Source: Vulcanimicrobiota bacterium
GTDB lineage: Bacteria > Vulcanimicrobiota > Xenobia > Xenobiales > JADMJV01
DNA: 64,000 nucleotides
Assembly: GCA_050250895.1 (NCBI GenBank)
Contig: JBFWNU010000001.1
Location: forward strand, 584,008 to 648,007
Direction: 5' to 3'
Shown here one piece after another: positions 18,844-29,210 of this stretch. Positions within the stretch are counted from its first letter, which is position 1, and every line of letters starts with the position of its first letter. A program made the translations under genes and the position numbers. Below the pieces are notes generated by a model, which searched no databases, had not been told where the DNA came from, and was given only the letters and a program-made list of their open reading frames with translations.

Positions 18844-20076
18844 ATGGCTGAAAAAGTAGTGCTCGCATATAGCGGAGGCCTCGATACCTCCTGCATTCTC
18901 AAGTGGCTCATCGACAAAGGATACGAAGTGGTCGCTTTTGTCGGCAACGTAGGTCAAGAAGAAGACTTTGACGAGGTCAAGCGCAAAGCTCTGGCCATCG
19001 GCGCCTCGAAGGTCTATGTCGAGGACCTGCGTCGAGAATTCGTCACCGACTTCATCTTCCCGGCCATCAAGGCTAATGCTCTCTACGAGGGTCGCTACTT
19101 GCTGGGCACCAGTTTGGCCCGCCCCTGCATCGCCCGCTCGCACATCAAGGTGGCCGAGCAAGAAGGCGCCCGATACGTTTCCCACGGGGCCACCGGCAAA
19201 GGCAACGACCAGGTTCGCTTCGAGCTGGCCGTCTACGCCCTCAAGCCCAACCTGCAGGTGATCGCCCCCTGGCGCATGGACGAGTTTCTCGACCGCTTCA
19301 AAGGTCGCACCGACCTCATGAACTACGCCGCCGAGAACGGCATCCCGGTGCCGGTCACGCCGGCCAGTCCTTACAGCATGGACGAGAACCTCTATCACAT
19401 CAGCTATGAATCGGGTGTGCTCGAAGACCCTCGCCAACCCCCGCCCAAGGACATGTTCCGTATGACCGTCGATCCGACCGAGGCGGCCAGCGAGCCCGAG
19501 CGGGTTACCATCGAGTTCAAGGACGGTGTGCCGGTTCGCGTCGAGAACCTCGAAGACGGCACCATCAAGAGCGATCCCCTCGAGTTGTTCATGTATTGCA
19601 ACGAACTCGGTCGCCGCCACGGCATCGGTCGTATCGACATCGTCGAGAACCGCTTCGTGGGGATCAAGTCGCGTGGTGTCTACGAAACTCCTGGCGGCAC
19701 GATCTTGCGCGAAGCCCATCTCGACATCGAAGGTATCGCCATGGACCGCGAAGTACTGCGCCTGCGTAACATGCTCAGCCCGAAGTTCAGCGAACTCGTC
19801 TATAACGGCTTCTGGTTCTCGCCCGAGATGGAGTTTCTCATGGCCGCCATGGACAAAGCTCAGGAGCTGATCGACGGAACGGTCGAGCTGCAGCTGTATC
19901 GTGGCCGGGCCATGGTACGCGGCCGCTGGTCGCCCAGTTCGCTCTACGATCAGGACCTGGCCAGCATGGAACTCGAAGGCGATTTCAACCCGCGCAATTC
20001 GGAGGGTTTCATCAAGACCAACGCCGTGCGACTGCGGGCTCACCGGGCCATCATCGAGGCTCGCAAGGGAAGCTAG
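18844..20076 (+). CDS. argG: Argininosuccinate synthase
   Basis: [35 protein letters not shown]. Confidence 0.98.
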   Translation: MAEKVVLAYSGGLDTSCILKWLIDKGYEVVAFVGNVGQEEDFDEVKRKALAIGASKVYVEDLRREFVTDFIFPAIKANALYEGRYLLGTSLARPCIARSHIKVAEQEGARYVSHGATGKGNDQVRFELAVYALKPNLQVIAPWRMDEFLDRFKGRTDLMNYAAENGIPVPVTPASPYSMDENLYHISYESGVLEDPRQPPPKDMFRMTVDPTEAASEPERVTIEFKDGVPVRVENLEDGTIKSDPLELFMYCNELGRRHGIGRIDIVENRFVGIKSRGVYETPGGTILREAHLDIEGIAMDREVLRLRNMLSPKFSELVYNGFWFSPEMEFLMAAMDKAQELIDGTVELQLYRGRAMVRGRWSPSSLYDQDLASMELEGDFNPRNSEGFIKTNAVRLRAHRAIIEARKGS

Positions 20077-20115
20077 GCGACAGGAACCCGGCCCGGCCGT
20101 CAGAAAACACGCGAG

Positions 20116-20874
20116 ATGCGCGTCCACCTGCTTCTTATTCTGCTACTGGTTGGTCTGGCCGGGTGCAAGGCTCCTGAGCAAGATGACTTGCACGCTTTCA
20201 CCCGGCGCGGCGACCTTGCGAAGATGCAAGCCGCTCTCGACACGGGCGTCGATATCAACCAGCTTAAAGGGGGCGTGACGGCCCTCCACGAGGCGGTGGA
20301 ACGCGGTCAGGAAGATGCCGTCCAATGGCTGCTCGAGAAAGGTGCCGACCCGGGCGTGAAGGATGCCAAAGGGCGGACGGCCTGGGAGGCCCTCTTCGCA
20401 GACCACCCCAAGCACATCACCAGCCTGCAATCCCGGTGTGCCGCCGCGCTGGTGGAGGGCGGAGCGCGGGTTGGCCACCCGCCCGACCGCGACCTCACCT
20501 ATTTGCATCTGGCCGCCCGCTGCAGCGACAGCGGCAGGCTGATGAAGGCCCTGATCGACAAAGGCGAGCAGAAGGTGGATGCTCGCGATGAAAACGGCTG
20601 GACCCCACTTCACTATGCGGCCCTGGGTGGTCACGGCGAGGCGGCCGCGGCGTTGTTGGCGGCCGACGCCGACGTCAACGCCGAGACCACCGCCACTTGG
20701 GAGAAAACCGAAAAACGCGGCAAGTCCGACCACACCGAGTATCGCTACCAAGCCGGCAGCCGCCCGCTCGATGTGGCCAACACCGACATCGCCAGAGGCC
20801 GCAAGAGCGTCTCACAGGTACTCAAAGAGTGGGGTGGCACCAACAACGATAAAGTCCACAACCTCCGCCATTAG
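20116..20874 (+). CDS. Ankyrin-repeat lipoprotein
   Basis: Lipobox LAGC; TALHEAV, GWTPLHYAA, ADVNA ankyrin motifs. Confidence 0.9.
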   Translation: MRVHLLLILLLVGLAGCKAPEQDDLHAFTRRGDLAKMQAALDTGVDINQLKGGVTALHEAVERGQEDAVQWLLEKGADPGVKDAKGRTAWEALFADHPKHITSLQSRCAAALVEGGARVGHPPDRDLTYLHLAARCSDSGRLMKALIDKGEQKVDARDENGWTPLHYAALGGHGEAAAALLAADADVNAETTATWEKTEKRGKSDHTEYRYQAGSRPLDVANTDIARGRKSVSQVLKEWGGTNNDKVHNLRH

Positions 20875-20909
20875 ATCTTTTTAAGGCACATCGTGTTCTA
20901 TAAGAGCGG

Positions 20910-23177
20910 ATGCACGCTTTGCCTTTTAGCGCTTACCGAGGGGCCCCCACCCGCCCGGCTTCGTCATGCCCCGACGCGGTCAGCCAGCGCCTCAGCTGGT
21001 TGGGTCGCCAAAAGCAGCCCTCGGCCAGCCTGGCTGAAAGCAGACTGGCCCGCGAAGGGGACCAGGCCGGGTCGGACCAGCTGCTGCTCAACCTGCTCGG
21101 CGGCTTGCCTAACGAATTTATGCTGCAGCAATCGGTGCCCCTGGCCGTCTCGACCCTCGAGCGTCTTGGCCCTGATGAAGATTCGGTTCGGGCCGTCACC
21201 CACGGCGCCCAGGCGCTCTTTCACGAAGGCCAACCGGCCCTGGCCGAGCAGGCCATCGGTTTGCTCGAGAAATGGCGCCAATCGGGAGAGCTGATGGCTC
21301 CCGAAGGCGACTGGAAAGTCTTGCTCGAGGGGCCGCTGGCGGTCGAGAAAAATCAGGTCAAATCAGCCCACGAAACGCCGCCCGAGCTACCTCCCCTGGC
21401 CTGGGCCGAGGCCCGCGCTCTGCTCGACGACGGGACCCCCCTCACGGCGGCGGAATCGGCCCTGGCGGCCACCTTCCTGGTCCGGGCACGACCCTCCGGC
21501 GAAGCTTTCACCAAGCTGACGAAAGCCTTCTGTGAGCAGCCCGAGTTCTTTCGGCCTCACGCCTCCTACCTCGGCCAGATGGCCTCGCGCATGCAAAGTC
21601 TCAGCTGGCAGTATCCCGAGCCCGAACCCCTCTACGGGCGCGAGCCGCTTCACGACTACTACGCCAACTTCATACCCAATTTTCCCAGGGCGGTCGACGG
21701 CGACCTCGTTCAACAGCAGCTTTTGCCTCTCACCCACGAATTGTATTTCAATGACCGCGCCACCGAACTCTGGCGGGATCTGTGGTCACGAAAGCCCGAA
21801 ACTTTCGCCCTTTGCCTGGACGATCTGGGCCGACGCGGCCCCAAGGAGCCGGGCTCGTTCGACCTGTTAGTGCTGCAAGAAGCGGTTCGCCGCGATTGGC
21901 GGCCCGAGCCCGAACAGGCCGACTGGTTGGCCAGCCGCCTCATTCGAGGCGAGGGTGTCACGCTGGACGACAAGGTCTTTGGCACCAGCCTGGTGCTGCT
22001 CGCCAAGCAACCCCCCGAGCTGAACCTTCCCGACAGCCAGGGCCAGAGCAAGCCCCTGGGTCAGGCTCTCTTCGATCGTATCCTCCACGACCCCGACCCT
22101 GGCCTGCTGCTCTTTCTCTCTCACGACGGTCCTGTCAGCCAGGCATTCTACCAACTGGCCACGCCCGACCTCGAGCGTCTCGAGGAACTGGTCAAAGCCG
22201 GCCTGAGCCGCGGTGGCATCGAGGCCATGGAAAAGCCTGAAGAGGCCGCCCTGGTGATGCTCGACCGCCTCGAGCCCAAACGCCTTCAACCCCTGCTTGG
22301 CGCCGAACTCGAGCGCGAACAGAGCTACTTCGTGCTCACCGACGTGGTCAACCACTTTCGCACCCGGGCCCTGGCCAACTTCGCCGGCGAGCCTCGCCAG
22401 GGCTTGCGCATGTTAATGGCCGGCGACTCGGCCAAGCTCACCAAAGCTCATCTGCAAGACTTTCTTTCCGCCGCCCCGGTCGAGCCGGACGCCTGGTGGA
22501 ACGACTTCCATCAATCGGACCTCGAAAAACTGACCCCTGACCAGAAGGCCTCGTTCCTGCTCTACGAAAACTGGACGCGCCAGGATGCCGGCGAACGCCA
22601 GCAGTTTCTCGACTGGATGGGGCCTCGCCTTGAGAAGCTCGGCGATTCGGGCCTGCGCACCGCCTATGACCAGATGCGACGCGAGCAAATCGAGGCCAAC
22701 CTCGACCAGTTGACCCAACCGAGCGATCTGTCTTGCGCCTTCTCGTTGGTGGTGAAAAATCAGATCATGGCGGATAAAGTCTACGACCTCGACCGGGGCG
22801 ACATCTGGCAGGCTTCAGCCGCCGCCTTCCACCGAGGCTTGGCCGAGTGCACCGACTGGCGTGGCGAACTGGCTGAGGTCAGCACCCAGGGCCACTCGCT
22901 CGAGATCGCGCGCTATCTCAGTCAACAGGTGGGCGACGACAACCTGGCCGACTACTGGCCGGGCTTCGCGGCCACTCTCAAAGCGCGCCCGGGGGCCGAA
23001 CTACGCGAGGTGGCCGCCGACCTGCGAGCCTATGCCGAGGCCCGCAAGAACGGACTCGACCACGCCGGAGCCCTGCGCACCCTGGTGGTGGGCGAGGCCG
23101 CCCCCATCACCCGCGAACTGCAACTAGAAATCGACCAGCTCTGGGTCGGGGACATCTCGCTCGAGATCCACGACTAG
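20910..23177 (+). CDS. Large hypothetical helical protein
   Basis: 755-aa ORF with coding-like codon use; no family recognised. Confidence 0.7.
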   Translation: MHALPFSAYRGAPTRPASSCPDAVSQRLSWLGRQKQPSASLAESRLAREGDQAGSDQLLLNLLGGLPNEFMLQQSVPLAVSTLERLGPDEDSVRAVTHGAQALFHEGQPALAEQAIGLLEKWRQSGELMAPEGDWKVLLEGPLAVEKNQVKSAHETPPELPPLAWAEARALLDDGTPLTAAESALAATFLVRARPSGEAFTKLTKAFCEQPEFFRPHASYLGQMASRMQSLSWQYPEPEPLYGREPLHDYYANFIPNFPRAVDGDLVQQQLLPLTHELYFNDRATELWRDLWSRKPETFALCLDDLGRRGPKEPGSFDLLVLQEAVRRDWRPEPEQADWLASRLIRGEGVTLDDKVFGTSLVLLAKQPPELNLPDSQGQSKPLGQALFDRILHDPDPGLLLFLSHDGPVSQAFYQLATPDLERLEELVKAGLSRGGIEAMEKPEEAALVMLDRLEPKRLQPLLGAELEREQSYFVLTDVVNHFRTRALANFAGEPRQGLRMLMAGDSAKLTKAHLQDFLSAAPVEPDAWWNDFHQSDLEKLTPDQKASFLLYENWTRQDAGERQQFLDWMGPRLEKLGDSGLRTAYDQMRREQIEANLDQLTQPSDLSCAFSLVVKNQIMADKVYDLDRGDIWQASAAAFHRGLAECTDWRGELAEVSTQGHSLEIARYLSQQVGDDNLADYWPGFAATLKARPGAELREVAADLRAYAEARKNGLDHAGALRTLVVGEAAPITRELQLEIDQLWVGDISLEIHD

Positions 23178-23220
23178 AGCCGCCCAAGGAACAGCGGTCT
23201 GGGAGGCGAAAAGACCGCCC

Positions 23221-23688
23221 ATGCAACTCGACGAGATCTGGCAATTGCTGGAACAATCCGCTCCGCTGAGTCAACTGATAGAGGTGCTCAACGAGCTAGA
23301 AGAGTCCGACTTCGAGCAACTCGGCGAAGCGCTGTCCCAACTTGGCCCTCAGGAACGCTTTCACGCCGTGCAGGTCCTGTCTGAAGCGGGCAATCCCGAG
23401 GCCATGGCCGCTCTTGAGTTTCTCTTTGAAGACCCCGAGGAAGAGATCCGGGCTCGCGCCCTCGAGGGCTACTACGAGTTTGGCAGCGACGAGGCTCAAC
23501 TCGAACGCCTCGGCCGACTGCTGCAGGCAGATCCGTCCGAACGGGTCCGTTGCTCGGCCGTCTTGGCCCTGGCCGTTACCGGCCAACCCGAGGCCCGGCG
23601 CCTACTCGAGGGCGCCGCCGAAGAAGACCCCTTCCCCAGCGTGCGCCGCCAGGCCCAGCAAGCCCTGGCTCGATTCGCCTGGCGCTAG
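23221..23688 (+). CDS. HEAT-repeat protein
   Basis: Repeats DPEEEIRARA, DPSERVRCSAVLAL, DPFPSVRRQAQQAL; acidic. Confidence 0.85.
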   Translation: MQLDEIWQLLEQSAPLSQLIEVLNELEESDFEQLGEALSQLGPQERFHAVQVLSEAGNPEAMAALEFLFEDPEEEIRARALEGYYEFGSDEAQLERLGRLLQADPSERVRCSAVLALAVTGQPEARRLLEGAAEEDPFPSVRRQAQQALARFAWR

Positions 23689-23770
23689 GCAAATTTACAT
23701 TTCAGCAACAAAAGTCTGCTAGACTGCTTACTCGGGGGTCGGTAAAGGACTACTGGAGGTCCATCTGCTC

Positions 23771-25303
23771 ATGACTCGCCCTGTCTCTGGCTCATCCACG
23801 CCTACGCCCGTGGCGGCCCCCAGGCCCGCCGCCGCCACCACGGCGGTCGATCCCACCATCAAAGAAGTCGGCGTCAGTCCCGCCCGTCTGGCCAACGGCC
23901 AGCTCGGCGAAGGTTGGGCTGCGGTAGCCGAGGCTCCCTCCACCGTAGACCCCGCTCACATCGCCTCGGTCGAAGGTCAGGCCCCACGCTTGAGCACCTC
24001 GACCACCGACCTGCTGCGCACGATGCAGGAAGATATCTACACCAACCCCGCACTTACCGACGCCCAGCGAGCCGAAATGCACGGAGCCTACCTGAGGAAT
24101 CTGCAAGAGGGCGGACCGATCGGGCTCAAGCAGCCCTTTAGCGAGTTCAGTGACGACGTGCGAGCCATCTACGCCTCGCGCGGACTCGCCAACGAAGAAC
24201 TGGTGGTGCAGGGCAGCGCCGTCAACAACGCCTCGAGCAAAGGCGGAGGCTTTCGCTTTAGTGACGGCGGACTCAAGGCCTCGGATATCGACGTAGCCGC
24301 CCGGGTCAGCCCCGAGCGCTTCAACGAGCTAGCCATGCAGAGTATTCGCGAGATGCAGCAGCAGGGCAAGATCCCCGCCTCGGTGCAATCGTTAGACGAT
24401 CTGCAGGCCCTGGACGCCTCGACCCTCAGCCGCGGAGCCAGGGGATTTCGCAACAACCTGCAAAACGGCGTCATCCGCGCCTATAACATCCCGGGGGGCG
24501 ACCCCAAGGTGAGCGTGCTCCAGGAAGACCTGACCGCGGCCGCCAGCCGCAAGGTCCAGATGAGCGTGGTCGAACAGGGCGGAAACTTCGACACTCCTTC
24601 GCGCCTGCCGCTCCGACCCGAAGGAGTGGGCGCTGCCGGCGAAGCGGGCGAGGCAGCCACCCTGGCGCGCACCACCGGCGAGGTGGCCGACGCCGCCCCC
24701 GGCGCATCCCGAGTCGCTGGCGAGACGGCCGAAGTGGCCTCGGGAGCTGGCCGGCTGGCCACCGTGGCCCGCTATGGCGGCGGAGCGCTGGCGGTGGGTG
24801 GCGGCGGGATTCAGATGGCGGTCGGCGTCAGCGAACTGGCCGATGGCAAGATTGTGGACGGCTCGGCTGACCTCACAGCCGGCGCCGCCAACACCACGTC
24901 CGGCGTGGCTCTGCTCGCCGGAGCGGGAACTCTGGCCGCCGGGGCGGGCGGAGTAGGCGCCGTCATCGACGGCGGCCGCGACGTCATCAACGGCATTCGC
25001 GAGGGAGACGGCGAGAAGATCACCGTGGGCGGAGTGAAGACCGCCGCGGGGGCCATGATGATCGCTGGCGCCGCCACCGCCAACCCGATTCTGATGGTCG
25101 GCGGAGCCGCTACCTACGTGGGCGCCACCGTCTATCAACACCGCGAGGCCATCGGCAACGCCATCTCGAGCGCCGCCGACGCCACCGTCGACTTCGCCGG
25201 GCGGGCGGCCGACACCGTGGCTACCGGGGTCAGCAACGCTGTCTCGGCCACCGGCGAAGCGCTTTCGGCCGGTTGGAAGCGATTTACAGGCTGGTTTGGC
25301 TGA
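23771..25303 (+). CDS. Putative toxin/effector: nucleotidyltransferase-like domain plus Gly/Ala-rich membrane segments
   Basis: GGAGG RBS; VQGSAV...SDIDV motif; C-terminal glycine-zipper hydrophobic helices. Confidence 0.6.
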   Translation: MTRPVSGSSTPTPVAAPRPAAATTAVDPTIKEVGVSPARLANGQLGEGWAAVAEAPSTVDPAHIASVEGQAPRLSTSTTDLLRTMQEDIYTNPALTDAQRAEMHGAYLRNLQEGGPIGLKQPFSEFSDDVRAIYASRGLANEELVVQGSAVNNASSKGGGFRFSDGGLKASDIDVAARVSPERFNELAMQSIREMQQQGKIPASVQSLDDLQALDASTLSRGARGFRNNLQNGVIRAYNIPGGDPKVSVLQEDLTAAASRKVQMSVVEQGGNFDTPSRLPLRPEGVGAAGEAGEAATLARTTGEVADAAPGASRVAGETAEVASGAGRLATVARYGGGALAVGGGGIQMAVGVSELADGKIVDGSADLTAGAANTTSGVALLAGAGTLAAGAGGVGAVIDGGRDVINGIREGDGEKITVGGVKTAAGAMMIAGAATANPILMVGGAATYVGATVYQHREAIGNAISSAADATVDFAGRAADTVATGVSNAVSATGEALSAGWKRFTGWFG

Positions 25304-25346
25304 CGCCGGCGCGGCCTTGTGCCGGGGCCTGGCCGGAGAAGCCTCG

Positions 25347-25943
25347 CTAGCGCTTGGGCTCGATTTCCAGAGCTTCAGCGATCTGATCGAGTCCGCCCTC
25401 GAACGTGTCCGGGTCGACGAGTTTGGCCTTGATGTGGACTGGATAGGGCCTGTTGCTAGTCGAGTGGAACCAGATGGCATACTCGTGTCTGCCAGCCAGG
25501 GGCACGCTGGTCTGCTGAAAGAAAGACCGATTGCGAGGCGGTAGCCGATAGCCCGTCAGTTGCACATCGCGCAACGATTGAAAGTGGGTGAAGTAGTCTC
25601 TGTCACGTCCTTTGCGCGGGAAGATATACCAGCTTGAGAAATCGTTCTGGGCGTCCAGCGAGAAAAACCAGACCAGGTGGTGGTTATTCGGCGGGGTCAT
25701 GAAGCGGACGCCATCCATGCCGTAGCCCTTCCTGTTGAGCTGAACCTGGATAAATTTGGGCTTCTCGCTTGGACCCGGCACCCGGATCATCTGAAACTGA
25801 TTCCAGTCCTTGCGCATCTCGTCCTCAGCGAGGCCCGTCTCGCCCTGGGCCGCCAACTGACTGGCCTTCTGAAACGCGTTGAGCGGTTGCGTCCAGGCGA
25901 GCATTGTTAGAGCAACCAGCAAAGCCAAAATCTTGTATCTCAC
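25347..25943 (-). CDS. Secreted hypothetical protein
   Basis: Signal-peptide-like RYKILALLVALTMLAW after GTG 25943; start approximate. Confidence 0.65.
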   Translation of the reverse strand: MRYKILALLVALTMLAWTQPLNAFQKASQLAAQGETGLAEDEMRKDWNQFQMIRVPGPSEKPKFIQVQLNRKGYGMDGVRFMTPPNNHHLVWFFSLDAQNDFSSWYIFPRKGRDRDYFTHFQSLRDVQLTGYRLPPRNRSFFQQTSVPLAGRHEYAIWFHSTSNRPYPVHIKAKLVDPDTFEGGLDQIAEALEIEPKR

Positions 25944-25986
25944 CGGAGTAACTTCGACCCCTCCCCCTCGTCCCCTGGCCGGTAAC

Positions 25987-26574
25987 CTAGAAGGTCGGCT
26001 CCCCAATGCGGGGCCGGGTCGTGAAACGGTCGACCTTCCTGATGTCAGCGAGCAAGATCTTCTCGAAGACAGCCTCCCGGCCACCCCAGCGCCCCCTCCG
26101 ATTCTTCCTGCGCGGCAACCTGGTGAACAAGCGCGGCCAGCTCTTTTCCAGCCCCTCGCGCCACTGGCGGGGCAGGTCGTAGAACGACGCCTCGAGCAGC
26201 CCCGCCGCCTTCAGCCTGCGACGCCAATCCTGCTGAGCTTGGCGCGTTCCGAGGTAGTCGAGCCGAAAGACGAAGTCCCAGGCCCAGATGGGGAACGAGA
26301 CGATCCTCTCGGCCGGCACCTCAAGCTCCAAGCGCACCTGCTCTGGCCCGCCCGGCAAGCTTCCGTGACGAAAGACCCTCAGGTCAGGTTGGCTACAGTA
26401 GGCCCACCACGGCCAGTTCCCTTCGTATCCATCCAGCCGCCGCCGCAGCTGGTCAACCAGCCACTCAGTAGAAGGCTGGACCGGCGCGCGACGTAAAGCC
26501 GGATCCACCACCGCGACGCCGCCCTGTTCGAGCTGCTCCCAGACACACAGGGGCTGAATCGTCCACACTCTCAC
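25987..26574 (-). CDS. DUF3841-like protein
   Basis: VWTIQP start, WPWWAY, PDLR, RLELEVP motifs; GGAGG RBS. Confidence 0.7.
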   Translation of the reverse strand: MRVWTIQPLCVWEQLEQGGVAVVDPALRRAPVQPSTEWLVDQLRRRLDGYEGNWPWWAYCSQPDLRVFRHGSLPGGPEQVRLELEVPAERIVSFPIWAWDFVFRLDYLGTRQAQQDWRRRLKAAGLLEASFYDLPRQWREGLEKSWPRLFTRLPRRKNRRGRWGGREAVFEKILLADIRKVDRFTTRPRIGEPTF

Positions 26575-26791
26575 CTCGACCTCCTACGACCCGCCCCCCG
26601 CCAAACCCGCCCGGGCCAAGCAATTCGGCACCTGACGGCGCCGTACCCGGGCCGGGGCGGCCGATCTCGCCTGCTCCAGGGCATTCGGCAGCACACACTG
26701 CCGGATCCGGCTTACCACGCTGCCGAACGGCCGGAATCCGGCGTACCACACCGCCGCCCGGGCCGGGCCGAGTTCGCCCGGGCCCCCCAAC

Positions 26792-26823
26792 AAGAAAGGA
26801 GCGGCCCTTACGAGCCACTCCTC
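26792..26823 (-). terminator. Intrinsic terminator of the subtilase gene
   Basis: Minus strand AGGAGTGGCTC-GTAA-GGGCCGCTCCT-TTCTT. Confidence 0.75.
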
Positions 26824-26866
26824 TACCGTCTACCGTCTGACGACTACCGTCTCAAGACTACCGTCT
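26821..26866 (-). repeat. Heptamer tandem repeat (AGACGGT family), six units
   Basis: Minus strand AGACGGT AGTCTTG AGACGGT AGTCGTC AGACGGT AGACGGT AGAG. Confidence 0.9.
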
Positions 26867-26868
26867 AG

Positions 26869-29109
26869 TTACGCGTCGCCGAAGACTTTCAGGTTGTCGA
26901 GCAGCAGGCCGTCACGGCTGGTGCGCTCGTTGGTCTCGACGCGGAAGCGCAGCTGCACTTCTTTGCCATCGAAAGCCGACAGGTCGATGGACTGCTCGCC
27001 CCAGTCGCTGGTGCGAGGCAGGGTCTTGAGGCTGGTCCAGTTCTGGCCACCGTCTTCGGTGATCTCGACCATCGCGTTGTCGCCCCAAGCGAAGTCGGTC
27101 TTGGCATCGAAGGTCATCAGGTTGTTGGTGGTGTTGGCCAGGCTAAAGGTGGGCGAGGTCAGAGCGGTGTTGGTACCGTTCTGATATTCGCCCTCGGGAC
27201 TGTCGGTCCAGACTTTGCCACGACCTTCGACATCGACCCGACCCCAGTTGGCGTCGGCCGACCAGGCGCTCTCTTCGCCGTCGAAAGCATCGCCGAACGC
27301 CAGGGTGGCGGCCGGGATGGTTACGGTGGCCGAGCGCAGCTCGGAGCGGTTGCCCACGTTGTCGATGGACTTCATCGCAAAGTGCAGCTGGCGAGGCTCG
27401 AGCGAAGGAGCCAGGTCGTAGCGCAGGCTCTCGATGTTACCAGTGGCGGTGGGGCCGTTGGTCGCGATCGGGCTGGCTTCGTCAAACGAGTCGGCGTTGA
27501 TGGCCGCATCCGAGACGCGCAGGTCGAAGGCAGCGGCGGGGCCGTTGCACCAACCGTCGTCGCCGGTGGCGGTCCAGCTCAGGGTCACGCCCCGGGTCGA
27601 AGCTTCGCTACCGGCGAAGTCGTTGGGAGCGGCCGGAGCCACGTTGTCGTCCTCGAGAGCCCGGGCGGCGTTGACACGACCACCACTGGCGCTCACCGTC
27701 GACAGCTGAGCCTTCTTGTCCGAGCTGTAGATGAGGCGGTCTTTAATCTGAGCGTTGGTCCACTCGGGGTGGGCGCTCTTCATCAGACCCACCACGCCCG
27801 AAACGTGAGGGGTAGCCATCGAGGTGCCACTGTAGCTGGCGTAGCCGTTGTTGGGCACGGTCGAAAGGATGTCTTTACCGGGGGCGGCCACGTCGACGGT
27901 CACCGTGCCATAGTTCGAGAAGCTGGCGCGGTTGTCGTTGTGGTCGGTGGCGGCGACCGATACGATGTTGGGCAGGTCGTAGCCCATCGGATAGAAGGGA
28001 CCACGGTCGGTGTTGCTGCCATTGTTCCCGGCGGCGCACAGGTGGATAGCGGGCGAGTTGGCGAACGCGTCGCGAATGGCGTCGTTAGGCCGGCCGCCGC
28101 CCCACGAGTTGGAGGTGATGTCGGCGCCCTGGGCGGTAGCATACAGGATCCCGCGCACGATGGCGTCGGCGCTGGTGCTGCCCGAGTCGCTGAAGATCTT
28201 GACCGGCATGACGCGGGCTTCCCAGTTGACACCGACTACGCCCTGGCCGTTATTGCCGACGCCGGCGATGGTGCCCGAGCAGTGCGAGCCGTGGGAGTGA
28301 CCGTCGAGGGGGTCGCCGGTGTTGGCATAGGCGTTGTAGCCGTGGACATCGTCGATGACGCCGTTGCCGTCGTTGTCGATACCGTCGCCGGCAATCTCGC
28401 CGGGATTGGTCCAGATGTTGGCAGCCAGGTCCGGGTGGTTGTAGTCGGCACCGGTGTCGATAACGGCGATGAGGGGGCCGTTCTCGCGGCTACCGGTGGT
28501 GACTTTCCAGGCGTCCATTGCGTGAACGTCGGCGCCGGCGGTTCCACCGGTCTGACCGGTGTTATTGATACCCCACAGCTGAGGGTTGAGGTCGTTGGGC
28601 ACGCCCGGCTGAGCAGGGGGCTGCTGAGGCGGGTTCTGGCTGGGAGGCTGCTGGCCTTCCTGGGGGTCGAGACGAATGACATCGTTGGGCTCGGCGTAGG
28701 CTACCCGAGCGTCAGCGCGCATCGCGGTCACGGCCTCGGCCAGGGTGATGCCGGCCGGCAGCTTCAGGCGCAGCAGGTCGCCGTCGAAAGCTTTGTAGAT
28801 GTTCTGGGGAATGTCGAACTTCTCGACGACGGTGGCGCCGTACTCCGAGGCGAAGTCGCCCATCAGAGAAAAGTCCATTCCGGGTTTTACCTTGACCAGC
28901 AGTTCGCCGTCGACGAACTCGTGGCCCTGGAATTCCTTGGCCACGGCGGCTACCGCCGTCGGGTTCAGGCTAGCGATGCGAGCGGGCAATTGGGTGAAGC
29001 TGGAGGATTCGCTGGGTCCGGCGGGTTCGGCCGAAGCAGCAGCAGCGGCGGCTTTGGGGGCGGCGCTGCGGGTATAATTAATCGCGGACAGGTTCTGATT
29101 GATAATCAC
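26869..29109 (-). CDS. S8 subtilisin-like serine protease with prodomain and C-terminal FN3 and beta-sandwich domains
   Basis: Triad VIDTG / HSHGSHCSG / GTSMATPHV; DNDGNGVIDDVHG Ca loop; LSWTATGDDG; AGGAG RBS; no Sec signal. Confidence 0.95.
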   Translation of the reverse strand: MIINQNLSAINYTRSAAPKAAAAAASAEPAGPSESSSFTQLPARIASLNPTAVAAVAKEFQGHEFVDGELLVKVKPGMDFSLMGDFASEYGATVVEKFDIPQNIYKAFDGDLLRLKLPAGITLAEAVTAMRADARVAYAEPNDVIRLDPQEGQQPPSQNPPQQPPAQPGVPNDLNPQLWGINNTGQTGGTAGADVHAMDAWKVTTGSRENGPLIAVIDTGADYNHPDLAANIWTNPGEIAGDGIDNDGNGVIDDVHGYNAYANTGDPLDGHSHGSHCSGTIAGVGNNGQGVVGVNWEARVMPVKIFSDSGSTSADAIVRGILYATAQGADITSNSWGGGRPNDAIRDAFANSPAIHLCAAGNNGSNTDRGPFYPMGYDLPNIVSVAATDHNDNRASFSNYGTVTVDVAAPGKDILSTVPNNGYASYSGTSMATPHVSGVVGLMKSAHPEWTNAQIKDRLIYSSDKKAQLSTVSASGGRVNAARALEDDNVAPAAPNDFAGSEASTRGVTLSWTATGDDGWCNGPAAAFDLRVSDAAINADSFDEASPIATNGPTATGNIESLRYDLAPSLEPRQLHFAMKSIDNVGNRSELRSATVTIPAATLAFGDAFDGEESAWSADANWGRVDVEGRGKVWTDSPEGEYQNGTNTALTSPTFSLANTTNNLMTFDAKTDFAWGDNAMVEITEDGGQNWTSLKTLPRTSDWGEQSIDLSAFDGKEVQLRFRVETNERTSRDGLLLDNLKVFGDA

Positions 29110-29210
29110 GATGCTCTCCTAATGGTGTGTGCGTGTGTGAGGAAGGTATCACGCTGTCCCACCAAGGAGCGCTCGATATTGTTAACATGAAACCATGACC
29201 GAGATAATCG

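Noticed and set aside
17335-20127. 930-aa minus-strand ORF
   Set aside because: Antisense to the phosphatase and argG; no motifs.
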